NCBI GenBank assembly: GCA_026390445.1
Contig: JAPLFX010000044.1
Span: forward strand, 5,550-69,549
Source: Pseudomonadota bacterium
GTDB lineage: Bacteria; Bdellovibrionota_B; Oligoflexia; Oligoflexales; CAIYRB01
Direction: 5' to 3'
DNA: 64,000 bases
Positions 8,308 through 17,092 of this stretch are shown piece by piece (position 1 is the stretch's first letter; the number at the start of each line of letters is the position of its first letter). The notes beneath the pieces were generated by a model. That model was not told where the DNA came from. It ran no database searches and saw nothing but the letters and a program-made list of their open reading frames with translations. A program made the position numbers and the translations under genes.

Positions 8308-9504
8308 TCAAAGCTGGTAAGCAACACCGGCCGAGATGAGCACGACGGTCGCATTGGCGGTCATCTCATCGACGCAGTTGGTGATGGCCGGACAATCACC
8401 ATTACGTGCGAGAAATTGCCGTTCGAAGTCGAGTTTCAACAGGCTGGACCAGTGCTTGGCAAAGGGTCTGATGGCGGCGCCCTGGATGTGCACGGCGAGC
8501 GCCTGGGTGCTGCGAACGAAGGAGGTTGGCATCAACTCACCGGAGATGCCGAGGCGACCGCGGTTAAGCCAAGGCGTACTGAGGTCGACGCCGAGAAAGG
8601 GGCCGAGGGCCGATTGCTGCGTCAGGTGGCCTTCGGTAGATCCGCTCTGCACCTTCAGCATCGGTAAGCGCAAATACGCTACGCCAATGCCGACGCCGAC
8701 GCGGTTGTCGTGGACCGACGTGCCGTTGCGTAGGTCGTAGTAGATACCAGCGGTGGTAAAAGTCCGCAGAAAGGTCGACGAAGTTTGTGAGTCTGCTGCG
8801 CCAGTCGTCGACATCAACCGCTCGCTTACATTGAGTCGATGCAGTTCCGCCGCCCCGGCGAGGTACCAATAGTCCGTACTGTTTTGCCAGTTCGCATCGA
8901 TCTGGACGCCTGCGACTAAAGCCGCAGCGCTATAGTCGGTGATCCCGCCCGCGGCACGAATGCTCTCGTAACCAAGCGCCGCGTTCACGGCCAGCATGCC
9001 GAGCGTTGCTCGTTTCGCGGTGGCGCCTTGAGCCGGAGCTGGGTCGCCTCGTTCGAGGACGTTGCTAGTGACCTCGTCGTCGTTCTTCTCTTGATCGTAC
9101 GCAGGCTTCCGTCGCACCTTATCGCCTTGGGTCGGAACCGCCATGGCATGGAGTCTTCGCGGCGGCGCCTTGGCCTTCGGCGATGGCGGCGCCTTGGCCT
9201 TCGGCGATGGCTGCGGCGAAGCACCAGTCGGAGACTTCAAGGTGAAGGACATGAGCGGCTTGCCGTCGCTAGCGATCGCCTTGATTTTCACCGTGGCCGT
9301 TTGATCCAGTATCAACCAGTGCGAGTTCGTCTGAAACATCGTCGTGTCATCATCAATTTGGTACGTTCCGGAGTAATGTGTGGCACTTGGCACGAACGGC
9401 CACTCATAACGCATATCGCTAGCCCAAGCCGTCTCCGTGAAGCCGGGGCTACTGGCTAAGTAGGCGATAAACATCATGAATGATTTCCGACGGTGTTTAA
9501 GCAT
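8308..9504 (-). CDS. secreted/outer-membrane protein: N-terminal domain, Pro/Lys linker, beta-barrel-like C-terminal region
   Basis: Signal-like N-terminus MMFIAYLASSPGFTETAWA. Duplicated PSPKAKAP linker. The C-terminal ~230 aa show alternating hydrophobic and Gly/aromatic-rich strands. Divergent from the giant lipoprotein gene. Confidence 0.55.
   Translation of the reverse strand: MLKHRRKSFMMFIAYLASSPGFTETAWASDMRYEWPFVPSATHYSGTYQIDDDTTMFQTNSHWLILDQTATVKIKAIASDGKPLMSFTLKSPTGASPQPSPKAKAPPSPKAKAPPRRLHAMAVPTQGDKVRRKPAYDQEKNDDEVTSNVLERGDPAPAQGATAKRATLGMLAVNAALGYESIRAAGGITDYSAAALVAGVQIDANWQNSTDYWYLAGAAELHRLNVSERLMSTTGAADSQTSSTFLRTFTTAGIYYDLRNGTSVHDNRVGVGIGVAYLRLPMLKVQSGSTEGHLTQQSALGPFLGVDLSTPWLNRGRLGISGELMPTSFVRSTQALAVHIQGAAIRPFAKHWSSLLKLDFERQFLARNGDCPAITNCVDEMTANATVVLISAGVAYQL
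9161..9208. repeat. two perfect copies of a 24-bp coding tandem repeat
   Basis: GGCGGCGCCTTGGCCTTCGGCGAT x2 on the + strand. Encodes PSPKAKAP x2 on the - strand. Confidence 0.9.
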
Positions 9505-9711
9505 GGAGTCGTCGCATGCGCCCTTCCTAACTTCCTTCGATGACTGAGTTAATTCTATGCCGCGGGGCAGACGGCGTCAATTTGGGGGAGTGATAGGTTT
9601 GGTGTTCGCGCTGTCTGGGTCGTCCGATGAGGCACTTTTTTCGGGGCCATCCTCAGTGGAAAACCAACTAAATATATTGTGTTTTTTGATGTTTTGAAAA
9701 AGATTCGTTGA

Positions 9712-9719
9712 TTTTTTTT
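9712..9719. repeat. T8 homopolymer upstream of the giant lipoprotein gene
   Basis: Read directly. It lies about 28 nt upstream of the AAGGAG RBS (9748-9753) serving ATG 9761. Confidence 0.9.
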
Positions 9720-9760
9720 GGGAAATGCCGATGCCGGTGCATTACCCAAGGAGCTTGCCG

Positions 9761-12700
9761 ATGGGACGCCAAAATCAACAAGTTTATGTCAGTCTGGTTT
9801 TAGCCCTGCAACTATTGCCGGCCTGCCGCGCATTCAACGGCAAGGGCGTCATCAAGCAAAAGCTAAGCTCCTTTTTAGGTGTCGTCGATCCATCGTCGGC
9901 AAAGACCCCAACTGACACCCTTCGTGCCGGAGTTCTCGCACTTGGCGAAGACATTACGGCCGAACTCGGCACGAGCTTGAGCACCGCAGGTCTTACCGAC
10001 GACCAGGCCCAGGTGGTTCTTGATGGTGCCAAGAAACAATTAGGATTGTCGACCGGTCAAATCGCCATCTCCTCGTTGCGTTTGGCTGGCGCGCAGTCGA
10101 CGCAGCCGATTATGTTTGCGGCCGGTCCGATTATCCAGGGTGCTGTCGGCACCTTGTCAGATAGCGCTGCCGGCTTGTCTGATTTATCTCGTCGCACGGC
10201 CATTGCCAAAGTGGTCATGGGCAGCACCTTTTCGTCCCTCGGTGGACGTGTTAGCAACCTCCAATCTGATGACGTGCTGGTATTGCAAAAGGGTATGATC
10301 GGTAGCGGCGTGAAGGCACTGAATACCGGCGGCCTTGGCGGCGACGCCGCAGTGAGCGCAGTGCGCGCTCTGACGTCCGGTGCGGTTGAGGCTTTGGGTA
10401 AAAGCGTGAGCGGTGCAGGCGCTTCAAACGCAGCAGCTGCCGTGGCTTCGGGTGCGGTAGAAAGTCTGACGAGCAACGGCCTGCCTCTCGACCAGATCGG
10501 TGCTATGGTCGGTGCGGCGACCGCTGGGGTTGTGTCGAGCCTAAAGTTGGCTGGGATCACGGACACCGCAGTTGCCGCTAGCGCCGTTGCTAAGTCCTCC
10601 GTGTCAAGTCTGAAAACCTTGGTGATGTCTGAAGCCAATGTCTTAAAGGCCTCCACAGGTGCTGCCAGTGGAGCGATCGGGGCCTTGACGGCGACGGGCG
10701 TTTCGATCGGCGACATTGCCGCCATTGCGAAACAAGTCGCCACAGCCTCCGTGTCGGCTTTGAAAGACGCTGGTGTCAGCAGCGCCGGTCTGGGTAAAGC
10801 TGCCGGTGCGGTTGCTTCAGGTGCCATTCAGGGCTTAGGTGTTGCCGGGATGACGCCAACGCAGATCGCCGACACCAAGGCTGTCTCGTCGATTTGTGTT
10901 GGTGCTGCAGGAGGACTTTCCTCCAGTGGCGTAGTGGCAAGCGCGGTTGGCTCTGCGATCGGCGATATCGCTTCCAGTGCCGTTAGCGCGATGGCGACGG
11001 CGATGAGTACAGCGACCCTGAGCCAGCAGCAAGCTGTAATGGGCGACGTCATGAACGGAAGCGCGCAGAGCATTCTGGCATCGGGTATGAGCAAGGCTGA
11101 CTCGCTCAGTGCTATGAGCGGAGTGACGCAAAAGTCTGTAGCGGCATTGCCGCCTGCAGTGTTTTCGGCGTCTGCCATGAGTTCGATGGCCGCTACGGTG
11201 GTTGGCCAGGGACTTGCAAACTCCTTGTCTGTGGGGATCGTCAGTAAAACGGATGCCGGCAAAATGGCCTCGACGATTGGTGCGGCTGTAGGTGCTGGTG
11301 CTGCCGGCATGAGTATAGCGATCGATGCCAACGCCATGCTAAAGCAGATCAGCACGGCAGCGTCTAGTGCGGGGATTACAGATGCATCGGCGATGATGAC
11401 TTCGGCATTTAGCGGTGTGACGACGGGCGCGGCTTTGGCCAGTGGTGCGGGTGCCAACAGTGTGCTGGGTGGTTTGTCAGACGCGGTGAAGTCCGGAACG
11501 GCATTTGCTGGCATAAGTGGTGTCGATACATCCAGCTTAAGCGGCAGCATGCAGCAAGCGGTGTCCTCAGCGACGTCTTTGGCGACAACGGTGGGTCAAG
11601 GCAAACTTCCAGATTGCGACAACGACTATTCTGACGATCTAACGGACGATCAGTTCTTTAATAAAATTAAGGTCGCTGCCCAGCCCGTGTTGTGCTCCGC
11701 GACTCCCGACTGTCCGATGCCGCGTGAAGACACGCATGTGTCGACCTATTGGATGGAGCTGGGAAGTACGGGGGTTTGCCAATTTGTTTTGACGATTCCA
11801 GCGGGTGGTTCCAGTGCGGCGCTGTTGCCCACATGTGCACAGCTCAGTGGCCTGCACACCTTAGCCGACTTTGAACCGCGTTATAACAGCGACTTCAACG
11901 GCGTCCCCTGCATGCTTGCAGCGGCCGGCGGAAGCTGTCCGGCGCTACCGAGCGATGCGGACGCTAGCTACAAATGGGTATCTCTGACCGTAGCGTCGGC
12001 AAACGATGCTTGCTTGATGTTCAAGGATGGCTCTGGCTCTGGCTCTGGCTCTGGTTGTACGGGCAGTGGGTGTGGTTGCGGGGGGGGCGGGACTGGAGTG
12101 GCTGGTGTTGGGTCCGGTTCCACCGCAGGAAGTGGCACTGGCACGTGCGGCGGATATGACGGCGGCACTGGCGGTGGCTACGTGGGTGGCGGCGGCATGG
12201 GCGGTGGTTACATGTATCCAAATGGTTTGGATGCTACCACGATAGTTCCTAAGTGTACTGACCTAGGAGTGACGACGGGCTTTGGCTTGGCCACTCTAAA
12301 CACGATGGCCAACCCGTCTAACAGTCTTCATGATTTTTACTGCGCTGCGCCCACCATGATGGGATGTGTCCCTCCGGACGCTGGTCTGGGTTATTTTATC
12401 CAAGGACCCAATCCCATGTCTGCTCCCGACGGCACGACGTTCTGTCATTACTCCCAGCAAACCATCGCATGTTCGCTGCTGATGGGAAGCGGAGGTCCGT
12501 ACACCGACGCTCAGCTGCAGGCAACTGCAATGAGTCCAGGCAGCTATAGTCAAATGGGTGACATTGAGTGCTATGCGCCCGCGCCCACATGTCCGAGTTT
12601 GGCCGGTGGATCGACCTATACTTTTTCGCAAAAGAATTCGCCCGCAGCTGGTCAAAACATTTGTCAATACAGTTATCCCTATCCGAATTGCTCTGCAGAT

Positions 12701-14338
12701 ACAGGACTGAGTCTAGGCAATTTACTCGACACCTCCCATTATGCTTTTTATGACGGGTGGCGGAAATTATTCGCCTGCAACAACCCCTCGCCAAATTGGT
12801 CAGATCCAATACCGATGGCTTCATTGATTCAGGCTGGCTTTAGCTACCCGTCGCAATGGGGGTATCCTGGCGGTGGTCGCAGAGTGATTGAAATGGGAGG
12901 TGACGACTGTTCCGGCCTTGGTATTACGGGACCCATTACTAGCAGCAACCTCGTGAAGTTGAAGCCCCTGGGCATTAGCTTTGAAGTCGGGTGCGATATT
13001 CCTGACACCGATAGTTGTCCTGCAGTTGATACAAGCACCTTGCCTACTTATACATTGTCTTCGGCCTTTACCGCCGAAGGCTATAAACGCTGCAGCTATT
13101 CCGAGCCAGGGGTGACCTGTCCTGGTACTATTGACGGCACAACTTGGGATAGTTTGGATGCAATGCCTTTAACTAATAACAACGGTCGCGCCTATAGCTG
13201 CGAATCGATTTCGATTTGTCCTAGCCTCTCCAACCCACCCAGCGATTTTAAAAATCCGTTCTTTTTCACTGGTGGTAAAAATCGCTGTATTTACAAAACC
13301 GATGTCCCCATTTGCTATGACGCGACGCCCTACGGGACGATTAACAATATCTGGCAACTCAATCAGAGCAACGGCCTGTACCAATGTGATCTCCCTGCTG
13401 GTGACAGCACCTGCCCCTCGCTTGATGCACCTTTGGTTCCTCAGTATACGGCAGACGGCTCGACACCCATTTTGTCTGGCATCTTCAATCGTTGTTACTT
13501 TCATAAAACTTTGCCTGCTTGCCCTGGATCGCCCATCACTGACTATGCTGTGGTCGATGCCATGACCGACTACTACGGTGGTGGCGGTGGCGGTGGCGGC
13601 ATACCGCGCGGCTGTCAGTTAAGCCCAATTGGCAGTTGCCCAAGTATCGACTTCAGTGCACTGGGTAACTCGATTATGAGCCATACTGGGATGGATCTTA
13701 CGCCGATTAATCAAACTGTTTGTCTTTATACTCGTTTGAGTAATGTCGGACCATTTTCCATTAGCCAACCATCTGTGTCGCAAAATATATTTTCAAATAA
13801 CTTTTACGTCAGCTGGTCGATGGCACCAGGCGCCGATTCCTACGATGTTGGTTATAGCGCTGCAGGCAATTGCTCGGGCTTCACCCCTTTAATGTCGAAT
13901 GTTTCGAACACTTGGACAAACATCGGTGTTTCATCCAACCTTGGATCCACCAACATTTGTATAAAGGCGAATTCGACCCATGGGTTAGGTATGAATATGG
14001 CTCCCGGTGTTCCCGTGAACATCAGCGGCATTACGCCTGGGCCAATATCATCCAATTCGATGTTGACCGTTCCATCGACCATGACCAATGGCACCACTCC
14101 GACTGTGACCTTTGTATCTAAGGACATATACGGTATGCCGCTGACCACTGGCGGAGCGACCGTGACTTTCACATCATCCAATGGCACGGTGGCGACGACT
14201 GGTGCAGCGACGGACCAAAATGACGGCACCTATACAGCGACCGTCACCACTCATACGACGGGGTCATTTACCATTACAGCTGGGGTTTCAGCAGGAACGT
14301 CCTTTAGCATCACGTCTGCCCCCATCACCGTAAACTAA
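9761..14338 (+). CDS. giant (1525-aa) putative surface lipoprotein/adhesin: A/S/G-rich repeats, Cys-rich modules, FN3-like and Ig-like (Big-type) C-terminus
   Basis: ATG 9761 is preferred (AAGGAG 7 nt upstream). Signal MGRQNQQVYVSLVLALQLLPAC has a possible lipobox. FN3-like segment: NNFYVSWSMAPGADSYDVGY. C-terminal Big-like segment: TVTFVSKDIYGMPLTTGGATVTFTSSNGTV...DGTYTATVTTHTTGSFTITA. Confidence 0.8.
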   Translation: MGRQNQQVYVSLVLALQLLPACRAFNGKGVIKQKLSSFLGVVDPSSAKTPTDTLRAGVLALGEDITAELGTSLSTAGLTDDQAQVVLDGAKKQLGLSTGQIAISSLRLAGAQSTQPIMFAAGPIIQGAVGTLSDSAAGLSDLSRRTAIAKVVMGSTFSSLGGRVSNLQSDDVLVLQKGMIGSGVKALNTGGLGGDAAVSAVRALTSGAVEALGKSVSGAGASNAAAAVASGAVESLTSNGLPLDQIGAMVGAATAGVVSSLKLAGITDTAVAASAVAKSSVSSLKTLVMSEANVLKASTGAASGAIGALTATGVSIGDIAAIAKQVATASVSALKDAGVSSAGLGKAAGAVASGAIQGLGVAGMTPTQIADTKAVSSICVGAAGGLSSSGVVASAVGSAIGDIASSAVSAMATAMSTATLSQQQAVMGDVMNGSAQSILASGMSKADSLSAMSGVTQKSVAALPPAVFSASAMSSMAATVVGQGLANSLSVGIVSKTDAGKMASTIGAAVGAGAAGMSIAIDANAMLKQISTAASSAGITDASAMMTSAFSGVTTGAALASGAGANSVLGGLSDAVKSGTAFAGISGVDTSSLSGSMQQAVSSATSLATTVGQGKLPDCDNDYSDDLTDDQFFNKIKVAAQPVLCSATPDCPMPREDTHVSTYWMELGSTGVCQFVLTIPAGGSSAALLPTCAQLSGLHTLADFEPRYNSDFNGVPCMLAAAGGSCPALPSDADASYKWVSLTVASANDACLMFKDGSGSGSGSGCTGSGCGCGGGGTGVAGVGSGSTAGSGTGTCGGYDGGTGGGYVGGGGMGGGYMYPNGLDATTIVPKCTDLGVTTGFGLATLNTMANPSNSLHDFYCAAPTMMGCVPPDAGLGYFIQGPNPMSAPDGTTFCHYSQQTIACSLLMGSGGPYTDAQLQATAMSPGSYSQMGDIECYAPAPTCPSLAGGSTYTFSQKNSPAAGQNICQYSYPYPNCSADTGLSLGNLLDTSHYAFYDGWRKLFACNNPSPNWSDPIPMASLIQAGFSYPSQWGYPGGGRRVIEMGGDDCSGLGITGPITSSNLVKLKPLGISFEVGCDIPDTDSCPAVDTSTLPTYTLSSAFTAEGYKRCSYSEPGVTCPGTIDGTTWDSLDAMPLTNNNGRAYSCESISICPSLSNPPSDFKNPFFFTGGKNRCIYKTDVPICYDATPYGTINNIWQLNQSNGLYQCDLPAGDSTCPSLDAPLVPQYTADGSTPILSGIFNRCYFHKTLPACPGSPITDYAVVDAMTDYYGGGGGGGGIPRGCQLSPIGSCPSIDFSALGNSIMSHTGMDLTPINQTVCLYTRLSNVGPFSISQPSVSQNIFSNNFYVSWSMAPGADSYDVGYSAAGNCSGFTPLMSNVSNTWTNIGVSSNLGSTNICIKANSTHGLGMNMAPGVPVNISGITPGPISSNSMLTVPSTMTNGTTPTVTFVSKDIYGMPLTTGGATVTFTSSNGTVATTGAATDQNDGTYTATVTTHTTGSFTITAGVSAGTSFSITSAPITVN
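12029..12054. repeat. (GGCTCT)4 microsatellite encoding (GS)n
   Basis: Read directly. Lies within the giant lipoprotein CDS. Confidence 0.9.
12080..12087. repeat. G8 homopolymer inside the giant lipoprotein CDS
   Basis: Read directly. Encodes part of CGGGGT. Confidence 0.9.
13577..13600. repeat. (GGY)8 trinucleotide run encoding poly-Gly
   Basis: GGTGGTGGCGGTGGCGGTGGCGGC, read directly. Confidence 0.9.
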
Positions 14339-14353
14339 CGCTAAGGGACACCG

Positions 14354-15427
14354 TCACTCTTTGACACAATTCGCTACAGGGCAATCCACCCCTTCCGCCT
14401 CCATCTCAACCGTGGTGTGAATGTTGCCCCTGCGGCTCACCACGGTGCGGATCCGCCCCTTGATCCCATCCATCGCTGGTAGCCCGGTACCCGCGGCAAT
14501 CACGGCGTGAATCGTCAGCACATGCGACTGGCCATCTAGCGACCAAAAATGGGCGTCATGCGTGCCGATGACCCCGTCGATCATTTCAATCTCACGGCGC
14601 ATCGCCGGCAGGTCGATACCCTCTGGAGTCGCTTGAAGGAACAAACGCAGCGTTTTCTGCAGATTTCTCCCGACTCCCCACATGATAAATAAGCACAGCA
14701 AAATACTTAGAATCGGATCGATGATCGGCAGATCCCATACAGCCATCACGATGGATCCGATCAAGACGATCGTCCATCCCAACACATCCTCGATCATATG
14801 CCAGGATACGACCCTCTCATTCATCGTCTTGCCGCGACTCAGCCGCAGCGCGGCAAAGCCGTTGACGGCGATCCCCACCAAGGCAAAGAGTCCCATACCC
14901 TCCAGTTTTGGCTTCACCGGGTGCAGCAGCAATGGAACCGCATGCGCCAAGACCAAAGCCGACGCCGTTACCAGAAGCACGCAGCTGAACAGGGCCGACA
15001 GCAATGACAGCCGCCTATAGCCATAAGAGTAACTGTAAGTGGGCTTTTTATTCGCGCTGAGTTCCATGATGTAAGCAAGTGCCAATGCCAATGCATCCCC
15101 GAGATCGTGGACGGCATTGGACAGTACAGCGACACTACCGCTCCAAATCCCACCGACGATCTCAATGAGGGCAAAGCTCAAATTGACGACCAGCGCCAAC
15201 TTCAAATTGCTCAGCGTACTATGCGCATGCGGTAGCACCCCATGATCATGATGATGTCCATGTCCATGTCCGTGCCTATGATCGTGCCCGTGATCGTGCC
15301 CGTGATCGTGTCCGTGATCGTGTCCGTGATCGTGATCGGGCCCTATCCCCTGTTTACCCTCCCCCTTCACCGCCACATATTTAGCCAAAGGCTTAAGCCC
15401 CCCGCCATCCTCATCATCACGCCCCAT
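14354..15427 (-). CDS. cation diffusion facilitator (CDF) metal efflux transporter with a His-rich N-terminus
   Basis: Six TM segments and CDF motifs (LSNAVHDLGDALAL, HMIEDVLGW). N-terminal tract is (HD/HG)n. C-terminal cytoplasmic domain ends IHTTVEME. Confidence 0.9.
   Translation of the reverse strand: MGRDDEDGGGLKPLAKYVAVKGEGKQGIGPDHDHGHDHGHDHGHDHGHDHRHGHGHGHHHDHGVLPHAHSTLSNLKLALVVNLSFALIEIVGGIWSGSVAVLSNAVHDLGDALALALAYIMELSANKKPTYSYSYGYRRLSLLSALFSCVLLVTASALVLAHAVPLLLHPVKPKLEGMGLFALVGIAVNGFAALRLSRGKTMNERVVSWHMIEDVLGWTIVLIGSIVMAVWDLPIIDPILSILLCLFIMWGVGRNLQKTLRLFLQATPEGIDLPAMRREIEMIDGVIGTHDAHFWSLDGQSHVLTIHAVIAAGTGLPAMDGIKGRIRTVVSRRGNIHTTVEMEAEGVDCPVANCVKE
15278..15337. repeat. five 12-bp tandem units encoding the (HDHG)n tract
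   Basis: Imperfect repeats of RTGATCGTGYCC, read directly. Confidence 0.85.
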
Positions 15428-15442
15428 TCCCTAACCTCGCCT

Positions 15443-17092
15443 TCACCAAATAAATTCAATGAGTCGTGCCGACAACGGCGGCAATACCATCTCCTGCTCC
15501 CGCGCCGCAGGCATTGCCTCCACTTCAAGCTCCCCAGGGTTCTTACTCCCCAGTTTATAAGCCGTGACCTTTTTGACATACGGCCGCAGATGGTCGATCG
15601 CCAAAGTCGTCCGCAGATGTTCCTTCAACGACTTATTAATCATCACCACAGTGAGTCGATGTTCATCCGCCTTAGCCGCAACCACCGTCACATCCCCAGT
15701 ATTGCTGCTCGTTGTCGCCACATAGGTCTCGCCAAAGGCATGCCCCTTGCCATCGTAGTTGCGATACAGGCGAAAGGCCGCCGCCGTCGGGCTGCGAGCC
15801 GGAGGCTCCGTCCAGTACTCAGCCATATAGATATTCTGATCGATAAAAATGCGCAGCACCTCCGCCAAGGCGATCGCACCACCGATATCCTGCTCACCCT
15901 TAAACGAATACTCGCCAATCCCCAGCTTTAGCGACGGCTTAGTCCGCGCAATGATGCCTTTGAGCAGGGGAATAAAATAGGTTTCCTCATTGATCCATCC
16001 CGTCTCTTTGTGTTTTCTGTCCCACAACGACCGCGTCGCAGCGATACGCGCTCGCGTCCTCTCGGGGTTAAACGGCTCGTCTTTATAGAGGTCTAAATCA
16101 GAAGGGTAATAATGCATATCGAGGACGTCGAGTAAGGACACATGGAGCTCATCCTCGCGCTTCTTCACCGCCGTCAAAAACCATTCCAGAAATGGTTTGC
16201 CACCGTGCGCCTGGCTATCTTTGTCTTTGACCCCGCCAGCGTTTTTAGCAAGGTCATATTGTGATTTGAACACCGCCAGCCAACCCCAATCGCCCGGTCC
16301 AATGATGACCGCCGCGGGATCAGCACGCCGCACAGCGGTGGCCGCAGCTAGGTAGACCTCGAGGTATTCGTCGTATGTGGTCGGCTTCGGGTGGACGTCG
16401 CGGTGGGTTTCGCCCCACAGCATGGGTTCGTTCCCCAAAATGTACAGGTGGGGATAATCGCCGAATTCAGACTTTAAGTGGTTCACCCAGGCAGCGATAA
16501 AGGCCGGGCCAGCACGCACGCTGGTTTGCTCGGGAGAGGCGAGCAGCGGCTTTTTGTCTTTGCTAAAGCCGTTGCCGATGGACTTGCCATTGGTCTCAAA
16601 CTGTTCTTGATCCGGAAACAGGCGCTTCGGATAGCTGGCCGAGCTTTGATCCTTCGCCACCCAACCCATAAGCGGTAGCACGACCGCCGAGGCAACACCG
16701 TGGTGCTTGTTTTCGGCGATAAAGGCATCGACGATATTCCCAGGGCCAGCAAAGCCGTGGTTCAAATAAAAATAGTCGTTTCCGGCATTGGTGGCGTCGA
16801 GGCGCCAGTTGTAGCGCTCGGCGCTGTTGCCACCCCAGCGGTAGAGGGTCGGCCGCTGCGTCCATACCTCGGCTTGGTCGCGGCTTTCATGCATATAGGT
16901 GCCAAAGCCGAAGATCAGCGGGCTAAGTGGTCGGCTGCCGGCCATATCGACGATGATTTTAGGACCTACGCCCGTTCCTGGTTCTTTCACCGGCTTAAAC
17001 AGGTGGCAAGCGTTGAGGCTAAACAACATAGATATAGCCAGGATGCCAACCCTTAGCTTGGCGCAACGCGTGGGCCCCAGGCCGGTACTCAA
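15443..17092 (-). CDS. secreted glycoside hydrolase, GH44-like (family assignment tentative), probable lipoprotein
   Basis: The RWGGNSAERYNW motif and TIM-barrel-like pattern are recalled from GH44 proteins. TTG 17092 is preferred: it forms a TTGA overlap with the ribD stop and yields the signal KLRVGILAISMLFSLNAC. Confidence 0.6.
   Translation of the reverse strand: MSTGLGPTRCAKLRVGILAISMLFSLNACHLFKPVKEPGTGVGPKIIVDMAGSRPLSPLIFGFGTYMHESRDQAEVWTQRPTLYRWGGNSAERYNWRLDATNAGNDYFYLNHGFAGPGNIVDAFIAENKHHGVASAVVLPLMGWVAKDQSSASYPKRLFPDQEQFETNGKSIGNGFSKDKKPLLASPEQTSVRAGPAFIAAWVNHLKSEFGDYPHLYILGNEPMLWGETHRDVHPKPTTYDEYLEVYLAAATAVRRADPAAVIIGPGDWGWLAVFKSQYDLAKNAGGVKDKDSQAHGGKPFLEWFLTAVKKREDELHVSLLDVLDMHYYPSDLDLYKDEPFNPERTRARIAATRSLWDRKHKETGWINEETYFIPLLKGIIARTKPSLKLGIGEYSFKGEQDIGGAIALAEVLRIFIDQNIYMAEYWTEPPARSPTAAAFRLYRNYDGKGHAFGETYVATTSSNTGDVTVVAAKADEHRLTVVMINKSLKEHLRTTLAIDHLRPYVKKVTAYKLGSKNPGELEVEAMPAAREQEMVLPPLSARLIEFIW

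Noticed and set aside
10057-11550. Long antisense ORFs (256 and 240 aa) opposite the giant lipoprotein gene. Similar antisense or out-of-frame ORFs occur elsewhere, e.g. 879..1376, 1811..2446, 19818..20258, 38547..39074 and 39455..39934.
   Set aside because: They are typical high-GC, biased-composition shadows. The products are Ala/Pro/Arg-rich and lack motifs, and each lies entirely inside a well-supported gene on the other strand or in another frame.
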